Below, in pieces: positions 29,063-39,582 of a stretch of DNA of 39,663 nt. Position 1 is the stretch's first letter. Each line of letters opens with the position of its first letter. Source of the stretch: Trichomonas gallinae (Eukaryota); the NCBI GenBank assembly GCA_008369845.1, contig MRSU01006387.1, forward strand, positions 1-39,663, written 5' to 3'. A program made the position numbers and the translations under genes. Below the pieces are notes generated by a model. That model ran no database searches, was not told where the DNA came from, and was given only the letters and a program-made list of their open reading frames with translations.

Positions 29063-30408
29063 TGCCTTTGATATTTCGTTGTCTAATAAAAAAAATTTTT
29101 TTTTATATCTATAAAGGGATAAAATTTACCCCTCCTTTTTGTTTGAAAACTTTTTTCAATTCATATTCATTAACTACATAATATAGAGATAATGATTTTA
29201 ATTCCAAAAACATTAATTGTAATTTTTTGGTGCGAACGGAATCGTTATAGTATAATATGAATGATTTTACAATAAAACAGATTATTTATTTCAAAAGTGA
29301 TCTGATAAATGTGCATAAAAAGTGATAATTTGCTTTTTGTTAAAGTAAGGAAAAATTATTTATACGTCTTTTGATGTTGTTTTGGCTTAAAAATTATTTT
29401 GGAAGATTTTTTTGAATTTTATTCCAAAATTCGGGATTCGCTATCTACTGCTGTAATCGCTAATAAATCCTTTATGTTCGCATATTTTGAATGGTTTATT
29501 TGGGAAATTTTTGAATACTTTATTCGTTATCAATTCATATTTTATCCGTTATATGACTCAAAATCGATTATCAAACGAATTATTTGTTTTAATATATAAA
29601 AAGAAATAAAATGCATGATTTTATTCTGAAAAAGTTCTGTCGAAAACCCAAAAAATCTAAAAATTTAAACAAAAACAAGTTTGTTTGTAATATCTTTGGC
29701 GACTTTTTGCAAAATAAGGTATTTTAAAGATATAAAATATTGCTAAATAACAATGAGGTGATTATGATTCTCAAACAATCTGAGCTTTTTGAAAATTTAT
29801 TAAATATTCAATTTGTTATTATATGCATTCATCATTCTACATCTCTTTTGATTAACAGTTGATATATGAAATTTTATCTTCTCATTGATTCAATACGCTG
29901 ATTTAACATGATTATATCGAATAATATAATTTTTCTCAAGGGCATCATAGAATTATCGCTTTGGAGTTTGTAATAATCCAGCTAGAAAAGCAATTATAAC
30001 TAGTAGAAACTTGACACGTTTAACAAATATATATCTATCAATTTGACATATAAGATTTTATGTAATATGAGTAAAACATTTAATTTCATCTTATAGTAAG
30101 GATGCAACTAATTGTATTTAATTTAGTGTTTACTGTTATAATTTTTGAATATGGATTAAGGTATATAGAAATTGATGGATTTTCATTATGCTGGTATCGT
30201 ATTATGGTTATATTGATGATTGTCACATTTTAACAGTGTTGTTTTGTTCTGGTTAATGATATCCATAAAAGAGAAAAACATCATGAAATAAATAAAAAAA
30301 AGCTCAAATTTTATTAAATATATGACTCCGTTGAGCTACAAAGATATTATTTTTCACGCAAAACAAACGAAAATATTTTTCATATTGCGATCACATAAAC
30401 TAAAAAAA

Positions 30409-31263
30409 ATGTTGTTCTCAGCAACACCACAAAATTATTTCGAAAATGAGCTTGGAAAGACTCATTATCGATTAATTGAGAATGAGGGATGCCAGCTTGT
30501 TTGCATCTTGCCTGGTTTCTCACTGCCTACAGCTATTTATACATCAATTGGTTTCGCAATAGCCGAACAAGGATTTTCTGTCCTCATTATGGATTATTTC
30601 GGCCGCGGATTTAGTGTACCAGCTTCTGAAGACATAGAATTCACTCCTGCTTTATTTGCAAAACAATTAATCGCATTACTTCATCATTTGGATGTGGATC
30701 GTTGCGATTTAGTCGCTTTCTCATTCGGAACATTAGTTTCATCTCATGTTTCTTCGCTTGAGCCAAATCTTATATCAAAATTAGTTCTTGTTTCTCCTTT
30801 CAAGTTTTTGCAGAAGCCAGCACGTCCATTCCAGCGTTTAATTCTCACAAATTCATATATCGGACCATTTATTTTACGCCAATTTGCTGCACAGTTTATT
30901 CCTGATGAAATTGCAACGCAAATCGATGCGCACGAGAACCCAGAATTATTCTGGTCCCTTGTATCAGTTACAATGCAAGAAATAGACAACAATCCTCACT
31001 ACTTCAGAGCAACATCATCATTATTAAAAGTTTTAGACGAAGCAACAATCGATACTGAGCTTATTCCTCTACGCCAAAATCCATTTATGACACTTGTTTT
31101 GTTAGGAACAAAGGATACTACAATCGATATCTTAAAATCCGAACAATGGTGGACACAGCAACTTCTTAACGCAAAAGTTGTTCACATCAAAGATGCTGGC
31201 CATCTTTGCTTTATCGAAAACCAAAAAGCTGTATTTCGCGTAATCACCAAGTTCCTTAACTAA
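30409..31263 (+). CDS. Alpha/beta hydrolase (S33/methylesterase-like), 284 aa
   Basis: LPGFS oxyanion region, DYFGRGFS, nucleophile elbow AFSFG, GTKD acid, AGHL His; likely ATG 30409 with AAAAATG context and Inr TCACA at 30391. Confidence 0.92.
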   Translation: MLFSATPQNYFENELGKTHYRLIENEGCQLVCILPGFSLPTAIYTSIGFAIAEQGFSVLIMDYFGRGFSVPASEDIEFTPALFAKQLIALLHHLDVDRCDLVAFSFGTLVSSHVSSLEPNLISKLVLVSPFKFLQKPARPFQRLILTNSYIGPFILRQFAAQFIPDEIATQIDAHENPELFWSLVSVTMQEIDNNPHYFRATSSLLKVLDEATIDTELIPLRQNPFMTLVLLGTKDTTIDILKSEQWWTQQLLNAKVVHIKDAGHLCFIENQKAVFRVITKFLN

Positions 31264-31839
31264 AATACTCATTGTTTTGTATCATTAAATCCTAATTGTT
31301 TTATCTTATCGTCCAAAAAGGTTTCAAAACTCAGTTTTATTATTTTTCAATAATTATTAAAGCGAAATGATTATAATATCATTGAAAAATAAACACATAT
31401 AATTATTACAAATAATATTACAATTAAATCAATCTATGAAATAGTCTAATCATCTACTATGGTCAAATATTTTCATATCTAGTAGATAAAAATGATAATT
31501 CCATCTAATATTAGTAATATTGATACAAAATTCTATATGTGATTAAGTCTAAATCATTGTATTATCGATAAAATCAATTGATTCTCAGATAAAAGATCCC
31601 AAAATATTAGGATTTAAGACAAAATATGAGCATAATACAGACAACAACAGACAAATATATGCATAAACTCTTAAATTTAAAATGATAAAAGTGTAGATAA
31701 GATCAACAACTTTGTAGTGATGGTTTTATGTAAAATATTTGCCATGTAAATATTTTACGCAACAAATTAAAATATCCCCTTCATAATTTTTCAATACCCT
31801 GCTTTAAAAAGCGCCCGTTTTCTAATTCCAAAAATCCGA

Positions 31840-33153
31840 ATGATTCCTTTATTATTCTTCTCACCGACAGTCTTCGCGAGGGACTCAGATTATAATATTC
31901 AGTACCCCTGTGACTGCGACATATCGGATAAATGCGATTTATACTGCTGTTGCGATCTAGATTGCAATTCTACTTCTATCACAAAGTTCAATTCTCAGTT
32001 TTGCATTCCAGAATCGCAGGAGAGCGTGTATTCCATCAGATGCGATACGAATAATGTAATTAAATCAACGAGAGGCATCACAACAAGAACGATAAATAAT
32101 ATAAGTTGTTATTATGTCAAGAAAAACTTCACTACTCGCGACGAAATCACCAACTATGAGGCGTCATACTTCGGTCTTTCTTCCTATACTGAATACGCGC
32201 AGCCTCCAACTGTTCCATATTTAGCGGAAATTAAATTCTACGAGACAGATCCATTTATGCGCCCGAATACGTCTGTTGATATCTTATACGCGCCGATAGG
32301 CATCAATTCTATGTATTGTAATGCTCTTTATGCTGTTAGAAATTCAGAATTAGGTTTTTCATACAATACAAGCTGCGTTTATGACTCTCTCATAGTTTCA
32401 GATAACGATTTTACGAGTTTGCTCCCAGCGCGGTTCTGTAATAGCACAGATTGCCAAAATAAAACAACAGGAATGAAATTAACAGTGACACAGCAGGGAT
32501 TTAACATATCAAATGCATCTGTTGCGAACCAATTCGAGTTTTACTTGCCAAGTATCACAGCAGCGCCGTCAATTCAAGAAGTTGGAAACGGATATGGCTC
32601 TGGAAAGCCAATTATAGCATTTTTAAACGAAACAGAGGGTACATTTACAGAGTTCTTATTTAACGGTGAAAGTGTGCCTCTTTGCGCGAATGTTACAACA
32701 TTTTTCGATGTTTCGTCCGCTCCTAATTTCTCGTCAATATTCCCATATCCTACTATATACCCTACATACGGAAACATCAATGGACAGAAAGAATCGACTA
32801 ATTTCACACTTCCTGAATTTGGAGAGCTTAACGAGTCATCTATACATATATATACGATTCTATATAAAAAATATGGGAATGCTCTAGCATATTATTATAA
32901 AATTGTTGGAGTTACATACACAAATCTCACAGATACTAATAATAATTATGCGATTATTAAAATTAATCAGATGGAAGTTAGTGATACTGATGAATATGTT
33001 CCTCCAACAGAGCAGGCTCTATATTCACCTACTCTGTCTAATATTTGTTCGTTTATGTTTGTTGAGGCAAGTCAAGTCATCACAACGACTAGTATACTTT
33101 TGGTTATTATTGTTAGTATTATTGTTTGGTTGGATTATCTGTTTCATGAATAA
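31840..33153 (+). CDS. Tectonic-family (DUF1619) flagellar transition-zone protein (437 aa)
   Basis: Signal peptide, CDCDISDKCDLYCCCDLDC (tectonic CxCD..CD..CCCDxDC), GNGYGSGKPI (GY..GKP), many NxS/T sequons, C-terminal TM. Confidence 0.88.
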   Translation: MIPLLFFSPTVFARDSDYNIQYPCDCDISDKCDLYCCCDLDCNSTSITKFNSQFCIPESQESVYSIRCDTNNVIKSTRGITTRTINNISCYYVKKNFTTRDEITNYEASYFGLSSYTEYAQPPTVPYLAEIKFYETDPFMRPNTSVDILYAPIGINSMYCNALYAVRNSELGFSYNTSCVYDSLIVSDNDFTSLLPARFCNSTDCQNKTTGMKLTVTQQGFNISNASVANQFEFYLPSITAAPSIQEVGNGYGSGKPIIAFLNETEGTFTEFLFNGESVPLCANVTTFFDVSSAPNFSSIFPYPTIYPTYGNINGQKESTNFTLPEFGELNESSIHIYTILYKKYGNALAYYYKIVGVTYTNLTDTNNNYAIIKINQMEVSDTDEYVPPTEQALYSPTLSNICSFMFVEASQVITTTSILLVIIVSIIVWLDYLFHE

Positions 33154-33420
33154 ATTTTGTCAATTTATACATTTTACAAATGCAAAATCTGTGTTTAAGC
33201 CATACAAACAACATATTATATAGAAAAATCATGCTATTCAATGCATTTATATAATATTTTATTAATAATTTGTTGATCTTCATGAATCAATGATGTAAAA
33301 TAGTTTTTGATCAAAATCCTTTTAGTATATTCATAGTCTAAAAGAATAATTTTCATAATCATAATAGTAATAAGGAATATATTAAGATATGAATGCTATA
33401 TAGAATAAGGTTAAATATCT

Positions 33421-33456
33421 AATTTTGACATGTAATTAATTTACTTGTCAGAAATT
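33421..33456. repeat. Inverted pair of the TGACA(T/A)GTAA motif
   Basis: AATTTTGACATGTAA-ttaat-TTACTTGTCAGAAATT. Confidence 0.75.
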
Positions 33457-33763
33457 AAACTATTACGACTATTTTATCAACATTAGCATATTAACAGCTC
33501 CAACATAATGTATATAATATATCATTGGATATATGCTGTTACTGTGTTGATTAGCTAAATAAATATCGGTTTCTTCGACTCATTTCATTAAAATCGAGAA
33601 TGGATAGTATTAGTTATTGAATTTAAATAATATTATTGATGATGTGACAACATTGTTAGATTTATTCTTATTTAAATTATGATTTTGTTAACAAATTAAT
33701 AGATTATAATAATAATTAGCGTTTTAATGCTAATCAAAAGACTAATTACATTCATATTGCTAA

Positions 33764-35593
33764 TTACTTGAGAGCAACAGGTTCAACATTCCATGTAGCA
33801 TTGACAGCAAGATGGAAATTCTCCTTGACGAGCTTAGCAATCTTTGTATCAAACCAATCAGACTGCTTGCTAAGCTCTGTATAAACATGCGGTAAACCAT
33901 ACTTTTCAACGAGAGTTTGCTTCTTCGAGAAAAGATTTGTTCCCATACCTAATTTTTCACCTTTGATTTTAACTCCGATTGAAGCTAAAATTGTTGGATA
34001 AATATCCATCATTGTGAAATGCCTGTTCTTGTTGTGTTCTGTCTTGATAGCAGAATTGACAACTAAATTATAGGTGGTTCTGAGGTATTTCGTGTAAGAC
34101 ATCTCATTGTTGAATGGACCATTCAATGTTAAGTGGTCACCTTGGATGAAAAGTGTTGTGTTCTCATAAAATGGAGATTTCTCGAACCATTCGATGAAAT
34201 CTTGTGCTTGTTGATCAACACAGTTCATGACACTATGCCAAGTGTTATTGCAACCTGTTGTGTTGCACTTCTTGCATAAATGTCCGGTGAAATGATTATC
34301 AAATGTATCTACCAAAGCATAAAATGGTTGTCCTGTCTTAGCGAGCTTCTCAATATGCTTCTTCGCATATCCGAATGTCTCATAGTCTTTAGACCAACCT
34401 CCGCCACTCATAATGTTGGAGTCAATTATTTCGTCAGCGCCATGTGACTTGAATACAACATCAAGATGCTGATATTCAGCAGGTGTGCCATAAAATACTG
34501 TTCCATGATAGCCTTTTTCTTTCAATGCTTCACCCAAACAATATGCTCCTGGCAAAAACTTGTTAGGATCAGGGTTATAGTTCATGGAATAGCTGACTCT
34601 GATCGGCAGACCGCATTCCATGGCGAACATGCCTGCTATAGACCATCCTGTGCCTGGAACCTGATACGCTCCTCCTACCTTGTCGTTATGTGTAAAATGT
34701 AAATATTTCGAATTCAGTGCATTTTTCTGAAGGTTCGGAATTTTTGAATCCTCGAAATAACCGCCATTACGTTTATCCACGTAAGTTGACTCCATTGACT
34801 CTAATACCAGCAAAATGAGGTTCCTCTTCTGCTTGGGGAATTCCATGTTAGCAATATTGGGCTGTACGTAGTTTTCTTCGAAAAATGTTGTGTATCTAAG
34901 AGTAGGAACTTTGACAGCCGTGAAAATTATGTTAATAAAGAATATGAGATGCAAGAAGTGAATGAAATTCGCATTAATCGTGAACTTGATTTCATATTTG
35001 ATATATTTTTGAAGAGATTTCTTCAGGGATATCGTGAGAGGGAAGTAGAAAATGGCCATGGCATAGGCAATAACTGATGCAAGCTCTGCGTATATGAAAA
35101 TGGTCTTAAAGTACCAGATAATCCACTTAAGATCATTGGAATCTTTTTGGTTCTGGTTTGCGAAGTCTCCAACCTGGAACATGATGACATCTGTATCAAG
35201 TTGCCCGAATTTATTATATACAAACTGGAAGGCAGTAATCAGGAATGTCAATAAAATAACCGCACAAAAGCCTAGAGTCCAGTAAACTATTGTTTGGAAT
35301 TTAGACTTGGATGAGGGGCAGGAATCATTCTGCGTTTCGAAGTTAAATAGATTCGAAATAAGTTGAAATAGAACTGCAATGATAATAGCTGTGGAGGCAT
35401 TGTACAGGGAACTCGTTATCTGGTGCATGGTCTGCTTTGTGGAAAGCACAATAATTTGATATAGCACCAATGTATTTGCGAAAAATGCAAATACAAGTCT
35501 GTTGTATTGTATGTTTTCACCTATAATGTACTTCTTTATAAGCAGGGCACCAATAAAAGGGACAACGAATATGAGGAAGTGGATGTGAGCCAT
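33764..35593 (-). CDS. Bacterial-type LTA synthase / OpgB phosphoglycerol transferase family (alkaline phosphatase/sulfatase fold), 609 aa
   Basis: N-terminal multi-TM region; FPKQKRNLILLVLESMESTY, GTGWSIAGMFAMECGLP, FLPGAYCLG, DTFDNHF, YENTTLFIQGDHL, DIYPTILASIG, LGMGTNLFS; probable ATG 35593 (track extends to 35665 through an A-tract). Confidence 0.9.
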   Translation of the reverse strand: MAHIHFLIFVVPFIGALLIKKYIIGENIQYNRLVFAFFANTLVLYQIIVLSTKQTMHQITSSLYNASTAIIIAVLFQLISNLFNFETQNDSCPSSKSKFQTIVYWTLGFCAVILLTFLITAFQFVYNKFGQLDTDVIMFQVGDFANQNQKDSNDLKWIIWYFKTIFIYAELASVIAYAMAIFYFPLTISLKKSLQKYIKYEIKFTINANFIHFLHLIFFINIIFTAVKVPTLRYTTFFEENYVQPNIANMEFPKQKRNLILLVLESMESTYVDKRNGGYFEDSKIPNLQKNALNSKYLHFTHNDKVGGAYQVPGTGWSIAGMFAMECGLPIRVSYSMNYNPDPNKFLPGAYCLGEALKEKGYHGTVFYGTPAEYQHLDVVFKSHGADEIIDSNIMSGGGWSKDYETFGYAKKHIEKLAKTGQPFYALVDTFDNHFTGHLCKKCNTTGCNNTWHSVMNCVDQQAQDFIEWFEKSPFYENTTLFIQGDHLTLNGPFNNEMSYTKYLRTTYNLVVNSAIKTEHNKNRHFTMMDIYPTILASIGVKIKGEKLGMGTNLFSKKQTLVEKYGLPHVYTELSKQSDWFDTKIAKLVKENFHLAVNATWNVEPVALK

Positions 35594-37931
35594 TGGCAAG
35601 ATATATAATAATTTTTCAGAAAGTCTGTAAAAAATTAAATATTTTTTTTTTTTGATCGAGCTCATACGCTATATAATGATATGATTAAGAAATATTAAAA
35701 TTTAAAAAGTTAACAATGACTCTCAAAATGTTTTGTAAAACAAAAACATCAACTATTAATTCTTATTGGCGTATAATCATCTGTAAGGATTTATAGTTTT
35801 CAAAATAAACTAATCAGAAATCGTTTATTTATGAATACTCATCGTGTGATTTAGATTAGTATGGAATAAATAATGAATAAAAATGTTAAGATCAATAATT
35901 ATCATTCAATTTGGAATCTATAACGTTTAAGCAATTAGAAATAATACAATACAAGTTAATAGAATACAGAAAAAATATTTAACGAAATATTACATTGAAT
36001 GACCCTCAAATTTGTCAAGAGTCATATCTGAGTCTAGCGCAATTGATTTACAATGCAACTATACGATAATAAAATTTCTAATGAATGATGAAGTTGCAAG
36101 ATTGAAAAATTGAGAGAAACGATTTCGCATTGAATCAAAATGCATTTATCAAAAATATATATTTTAAATTAATTTCTTTTTCGATTTTGAAATATCTTTC
36201 AAAATAAATTTATTTATAATTAATATGCAAAACGCAATAGATATATATCCTATTTATTTTGCGACACAATTTTTTTGAGTTTTGGTTCATATTCTGAGAT
36301 GAGTTTGATCACAAGATTTTCCACGTATAATAGCAGCATATCTGATACGATATTTAAATTGATTTTATCTCTGTCCTTTTTTTCTTTTTCATTAATTAAT
36401 CACTTTAATTTCAATGATAAGATCATGCTACACTGATGAAAACATCCAAAACTTATTCTAACTTGACTATGACTTAAAAAGTTAGGTAATTATATAATGG
36501 AAAAAAATTTTTGTAAAAATATTGAAAATATCAAATAATATGTAGTAATTTATTTGTTTTTTGAAGGTCAAATTTTCAGGACTTAAAAATAATCATTGAA
36601 TATGATAAATGAAAATATTGTTGAGTCAGATTTCTAAATTTGTATCGTTCTTTTAGAAAAATTTCTATACGTTTTAATTTTTATTTTATTAATCCACTCG
36701 TAGTCTATTATATTTCATGATTATTAAATAATATTTAGAATCAAAAATGTCACGACAACAAGTCGCACAAAATTATCAAATTAATCAAACTAAATAGTAT
36801 TTATAATTATAATTTATAATGCCATTATAACGCAATATGCTCAAATTTTTCAAAAATTTCATGAACCTACAAGTTTTGTTGATTTTCATCTCATTTATTG
36901 TTGTTTTGAATTGATTTCTTATTTGTAATCTCAATATCATATCAGTAACAAAAAATCATAAGCCGGTTGTATTGTAGATATTTTTCACAAATTTTTAATT
37001 TCAATTCTGAACATCATAATAAAATCGACTAAATTATTTCATTCCCCGCAAAATGCACCAAATCTTAGTCTTCTATCTGTCAATACTTTCTTAATCATTC
37101 AAGCATTTCCTTATTTCGAAAATATTCTAAAATCCAACATTTTAGTCCGGCTACCAGGTTCCTAATGTTCCATTCAGATTTTCAAACTTCATGTCAGACA
37201 GAAAATGCTGATCTTCTTAATTTTAGTACATTATTTTTGAAATATTATCTTAGACATTTAGCACAGCTGATAATTGATTATGACCTTTATTTTATAAGAA
37301 AAGGAATTAAAACAGCATTTGTCAGGAAAAATTGAAGATTTTTACCAGATTCATTATGAAATTCAAACGTAATTTTATATATTACACAGTATTATCTGTA
37401 TTCAAAACTTGTAAATTCGTGTCCGGTTCAGCTTCCGCAGTGAAATAATTCGTAACTTCGACTGAAAAATAAAATTGATTCATTTCACTGCCAAAGTGAG
37501 AGAGTATCAACTAAAAAAAGTAATAAATAATGATCATAAATAGAATACATACCTATTGATAATAAAACACTGATAAATTTATTATTTTTTCAATTGAATA
37601 ATCATAAATAGTTGGTAACATCTCATATGTGAATTATCCATTGATAGATTTTAGAATAAATTAAACAAGCTCTGGGTCATAGAACAAAATAGTAGGATAA
37701 CTGAGTGCATATAATCAGATTCTAGACAAATCGAAAAATCTCACTTAAGATACCACTCATACATTATTGGAATGCAAAGCGCTATTGCTACATACTTGAT
37801 TTGAGCATATTTGTTCCAAAAATATCAGATAGTGGAAAAAAACTCAAAATTGGACAAATGTTATACGACAAAAAGTAAAATACTGTTGTTGTATTTCTCA
37901 TTTATCATAAAATCAGTAAAATGCATAATTA

Positions 37932-37939
37932 AAAGTGAC
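37932..37939 (+). promoter_or_regulatory. AAAGTGAC (M2-like) element upstream of the COMMD gene
   Basis: Exact octamer 20 nt before ATG 37960, followed by the variant AAACTGAC. Confidence 0.5.
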
Positions 37940-37959
37940 AAAAAACTGACAAAATTGGA

Positions 37960-38421
37960 ATGAGTGAACTTTCCTTCTTAAAGCAGATTCCTTCTCCAAC
38001 AGATGCATGGAAAAGCATTTTGACCGGAAGCGAGTCTACATATAATTTAACAGAAGCCCAAATCGAGAAAATAAAACTGGCAACATCATTTATGCTTAAA
38101 CAGCCAGCCGAAAAACGCGCTTCACTCCTCGCAGAAGTTGGCTGCCCAGAATCGGAAAAGATCGCGGAGCTCCTTAAATCCTACGAAGTTTTCCTCAAAG
38201 AAAAGGCAACTGAACACAATCTCGTCGATTTCGATTGGTCCGCATCTCTTATTCTCGGCACAAGCAAAATTTCCAATCTCAAAGAGCCAGTTGTCACATT
38301 TTCTTTCAAGCTTAGCGACGGTTCTCAGCACGAAGTCGAGTTTACAGCAGATGAGGCAGAGGCTTTCTTAAAGCAGCTCACCACAGCCCAGGATGCTACA
38401 ACAGCTCTTATTCCAAATTAA
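37960..38421 (+). CDS. COMM domain protein, most like COMMD8 (153 aa)
   Basis: LVDFDWSASLILGTSKISNLKEPVVTFSF...VEFTADEAEAFLKQL (cf. COMMD8 [25 protein letters not shown]...IEMSREELQNLIQSL). Confidence 0.88.
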   Translation: MSELSFLKQIPSPTDAWKSILTGSESTYNLTEAQIEKIKLATSFMLKQPAEKRASLLAEVGCPESEKIAELLKSYEVFLKEKATEHNLVDFDWSASLILGTSKISNLKEPVVTFSFKLSDGSQHEVEFTADEAEAFLKQLTTAQDATTALIPN

Positions 38422-38817
38422 ATTTACGTAAATATTTGATGTTATCTCTCAAAAGCCTTTATTTTATCTCTTATTTCACATCAACTTAATTATTATTTTC
38501 ATGGCTTTAATAAAACAATATTTTGCTTGAACTTCTTCAAATTTATTTATTTTGCTTAAATTATTCAAAAATAACTAAATATTTATGCTATTCTGGTTCA
38601 GAACAATATTGTTAAGAATGCATTTAGTTGAAAATTAAAAATTTTAATTTATCAATATATATCTCCAAACAAGTTAATTATCATTAGAGATTCTATCGCT
38701 TCAAGCTATAAATAGAATAATTTCAGCTTAATTTTTTTTTTCTGATTTTTGATGAATTTATAAAAAACGATTTTTCGAATGTATTTAATTATAAAAAAGA
38801 TGCATACTGCATAAAGT

Positions 38818-39240
38818 TTATGCGAATCCGATTTCGGTGGCAATGTTCATAGCCTCAACATCAGCTGGAAGACGGATGTAGGCCTTCTTGACGAACTTGG
38901 ATGTGATGACTGTGCAAACCTTGACTGGCTTAACCTTGTAAAGGCGGTTGAAAGCAGCAGCGATTTCTGTCTTTGTAGCCTTGATATCAACCCAGAAAGT
39001 CATTGTATTTTCACTTTCGATCTTAACTGTTGACTTATCTGATGTGACTGGGCCGCGGATGATCTTGTAGTCATTGCGCTTGAGGGAAACTGGCTGGACG
39101 GCCTTATGTTCATAAGCTGGGCGCTTTGGAACAACCTGAGCGGCCTTCTTGCCGAACTTTGTGAAGTTACGTGTCTTTGTGACCTCCTTCTTCTGACCCT
39201 GAGCGAGAGTCTTAGCAGCAGCTTGAGCTTTGCCGGACAT
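38818..39240 (-). CDS. RPL23A: 60S ribosomal protein L23a (uL23)
   Basis: IIRGPVTSDK..KIESENTMTFWVDIKATKTEI..LYKVKPVKVCTVI..KKAYIRLPADVEAMNIATEIG; strongly biased codon usage. Confidence 0.97.
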   Translation of the reverse strand: MSGKAQAAAKTLAQGQKKEVTKTRNFTKFGKKAAQVVPKRPAYEHKAVQPVSLKRNDYKIIRGPVTSDKSTVKIESENTMTFWVDIKATKTEIAAAFNRLYKVKPVKVCTVITSKFVKKAYIRLPADVEAMNIATEIGFA

Positions 39241-39242
39241 CG

Positions 39243-39263
39243 AAAGGCCCGACCATAACCGCT
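39243..39263 (-). promoter_or_regulatory. M3 (AGCGGTTA) + M5 (CCTTT) core promoter of RPL23A
   Basis: Minus strand reads AGCGGTTA-tggtcggg-CCTTT-cg-ATG, the arrangement described for Trichomonas ribosomal protein genes. Confidence 0.8.
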
Positions 39264-39354
39264 CTATCGTCCTCTATATAATTTTACTTGTTTTCACGAT
39301 ATTTACTATCAACACAATGCAATAAATCCAAATTTGCAAGAAAAGTGAGCACAT

Positions 39355-39582
39355 TGAGAATCTCGAAATTGATTTTTCTGCAAATTCATTTTTAATGACA
39401 ATATTATAATATCCATATGTTATACTTTACATTTCGCAATACAACCATTTAATGATTTTTGATTTTGAGAAAATCGAATCTTTTTTTTTCTGCAAAATCA
39501 TTTTGGTTACAGTATAACAGTATCTATATGTTAAAATCACTTTACGCAATACAACCATTTAATGGTTTTCGATTTTGAGAAT
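39355..39582 (+). repeat. Degenerate tandem duplication, period about 110 bp (two copies)
   Basis: CGCAATACAACCATTTAATG(A/G)TTTT(T/C)GATTTTGAGAA at 39435 and 39545; TTTTTCTGCAAA(T/A)TCATTTT is also repeated at about the same offset. Confidence 0.85.

Noticed and set aside
37040..37100. FGAF peptide as a TLDc-domain relic
   Set aside because: Four-residue match without supporting flanking motifs
450..38371. Many 60-140-aa ORFs overlapping or antisense to long genes, plus 8966-9160, 17644-17826 and 29399-29599
   Set aside because: Shadow ORFs or AT-rich promoter sequence with no recognisable motifs
3355..38421. Functional cluster of membrane-trafficking genes (Rab, adaptin, F-BAR, UVRAG, COMMD)
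   Set aside because: Genes are interspersed with unrelated ones on mixed strands, and these families are abundant in trichomonads, so chance suffices without synteny evidence
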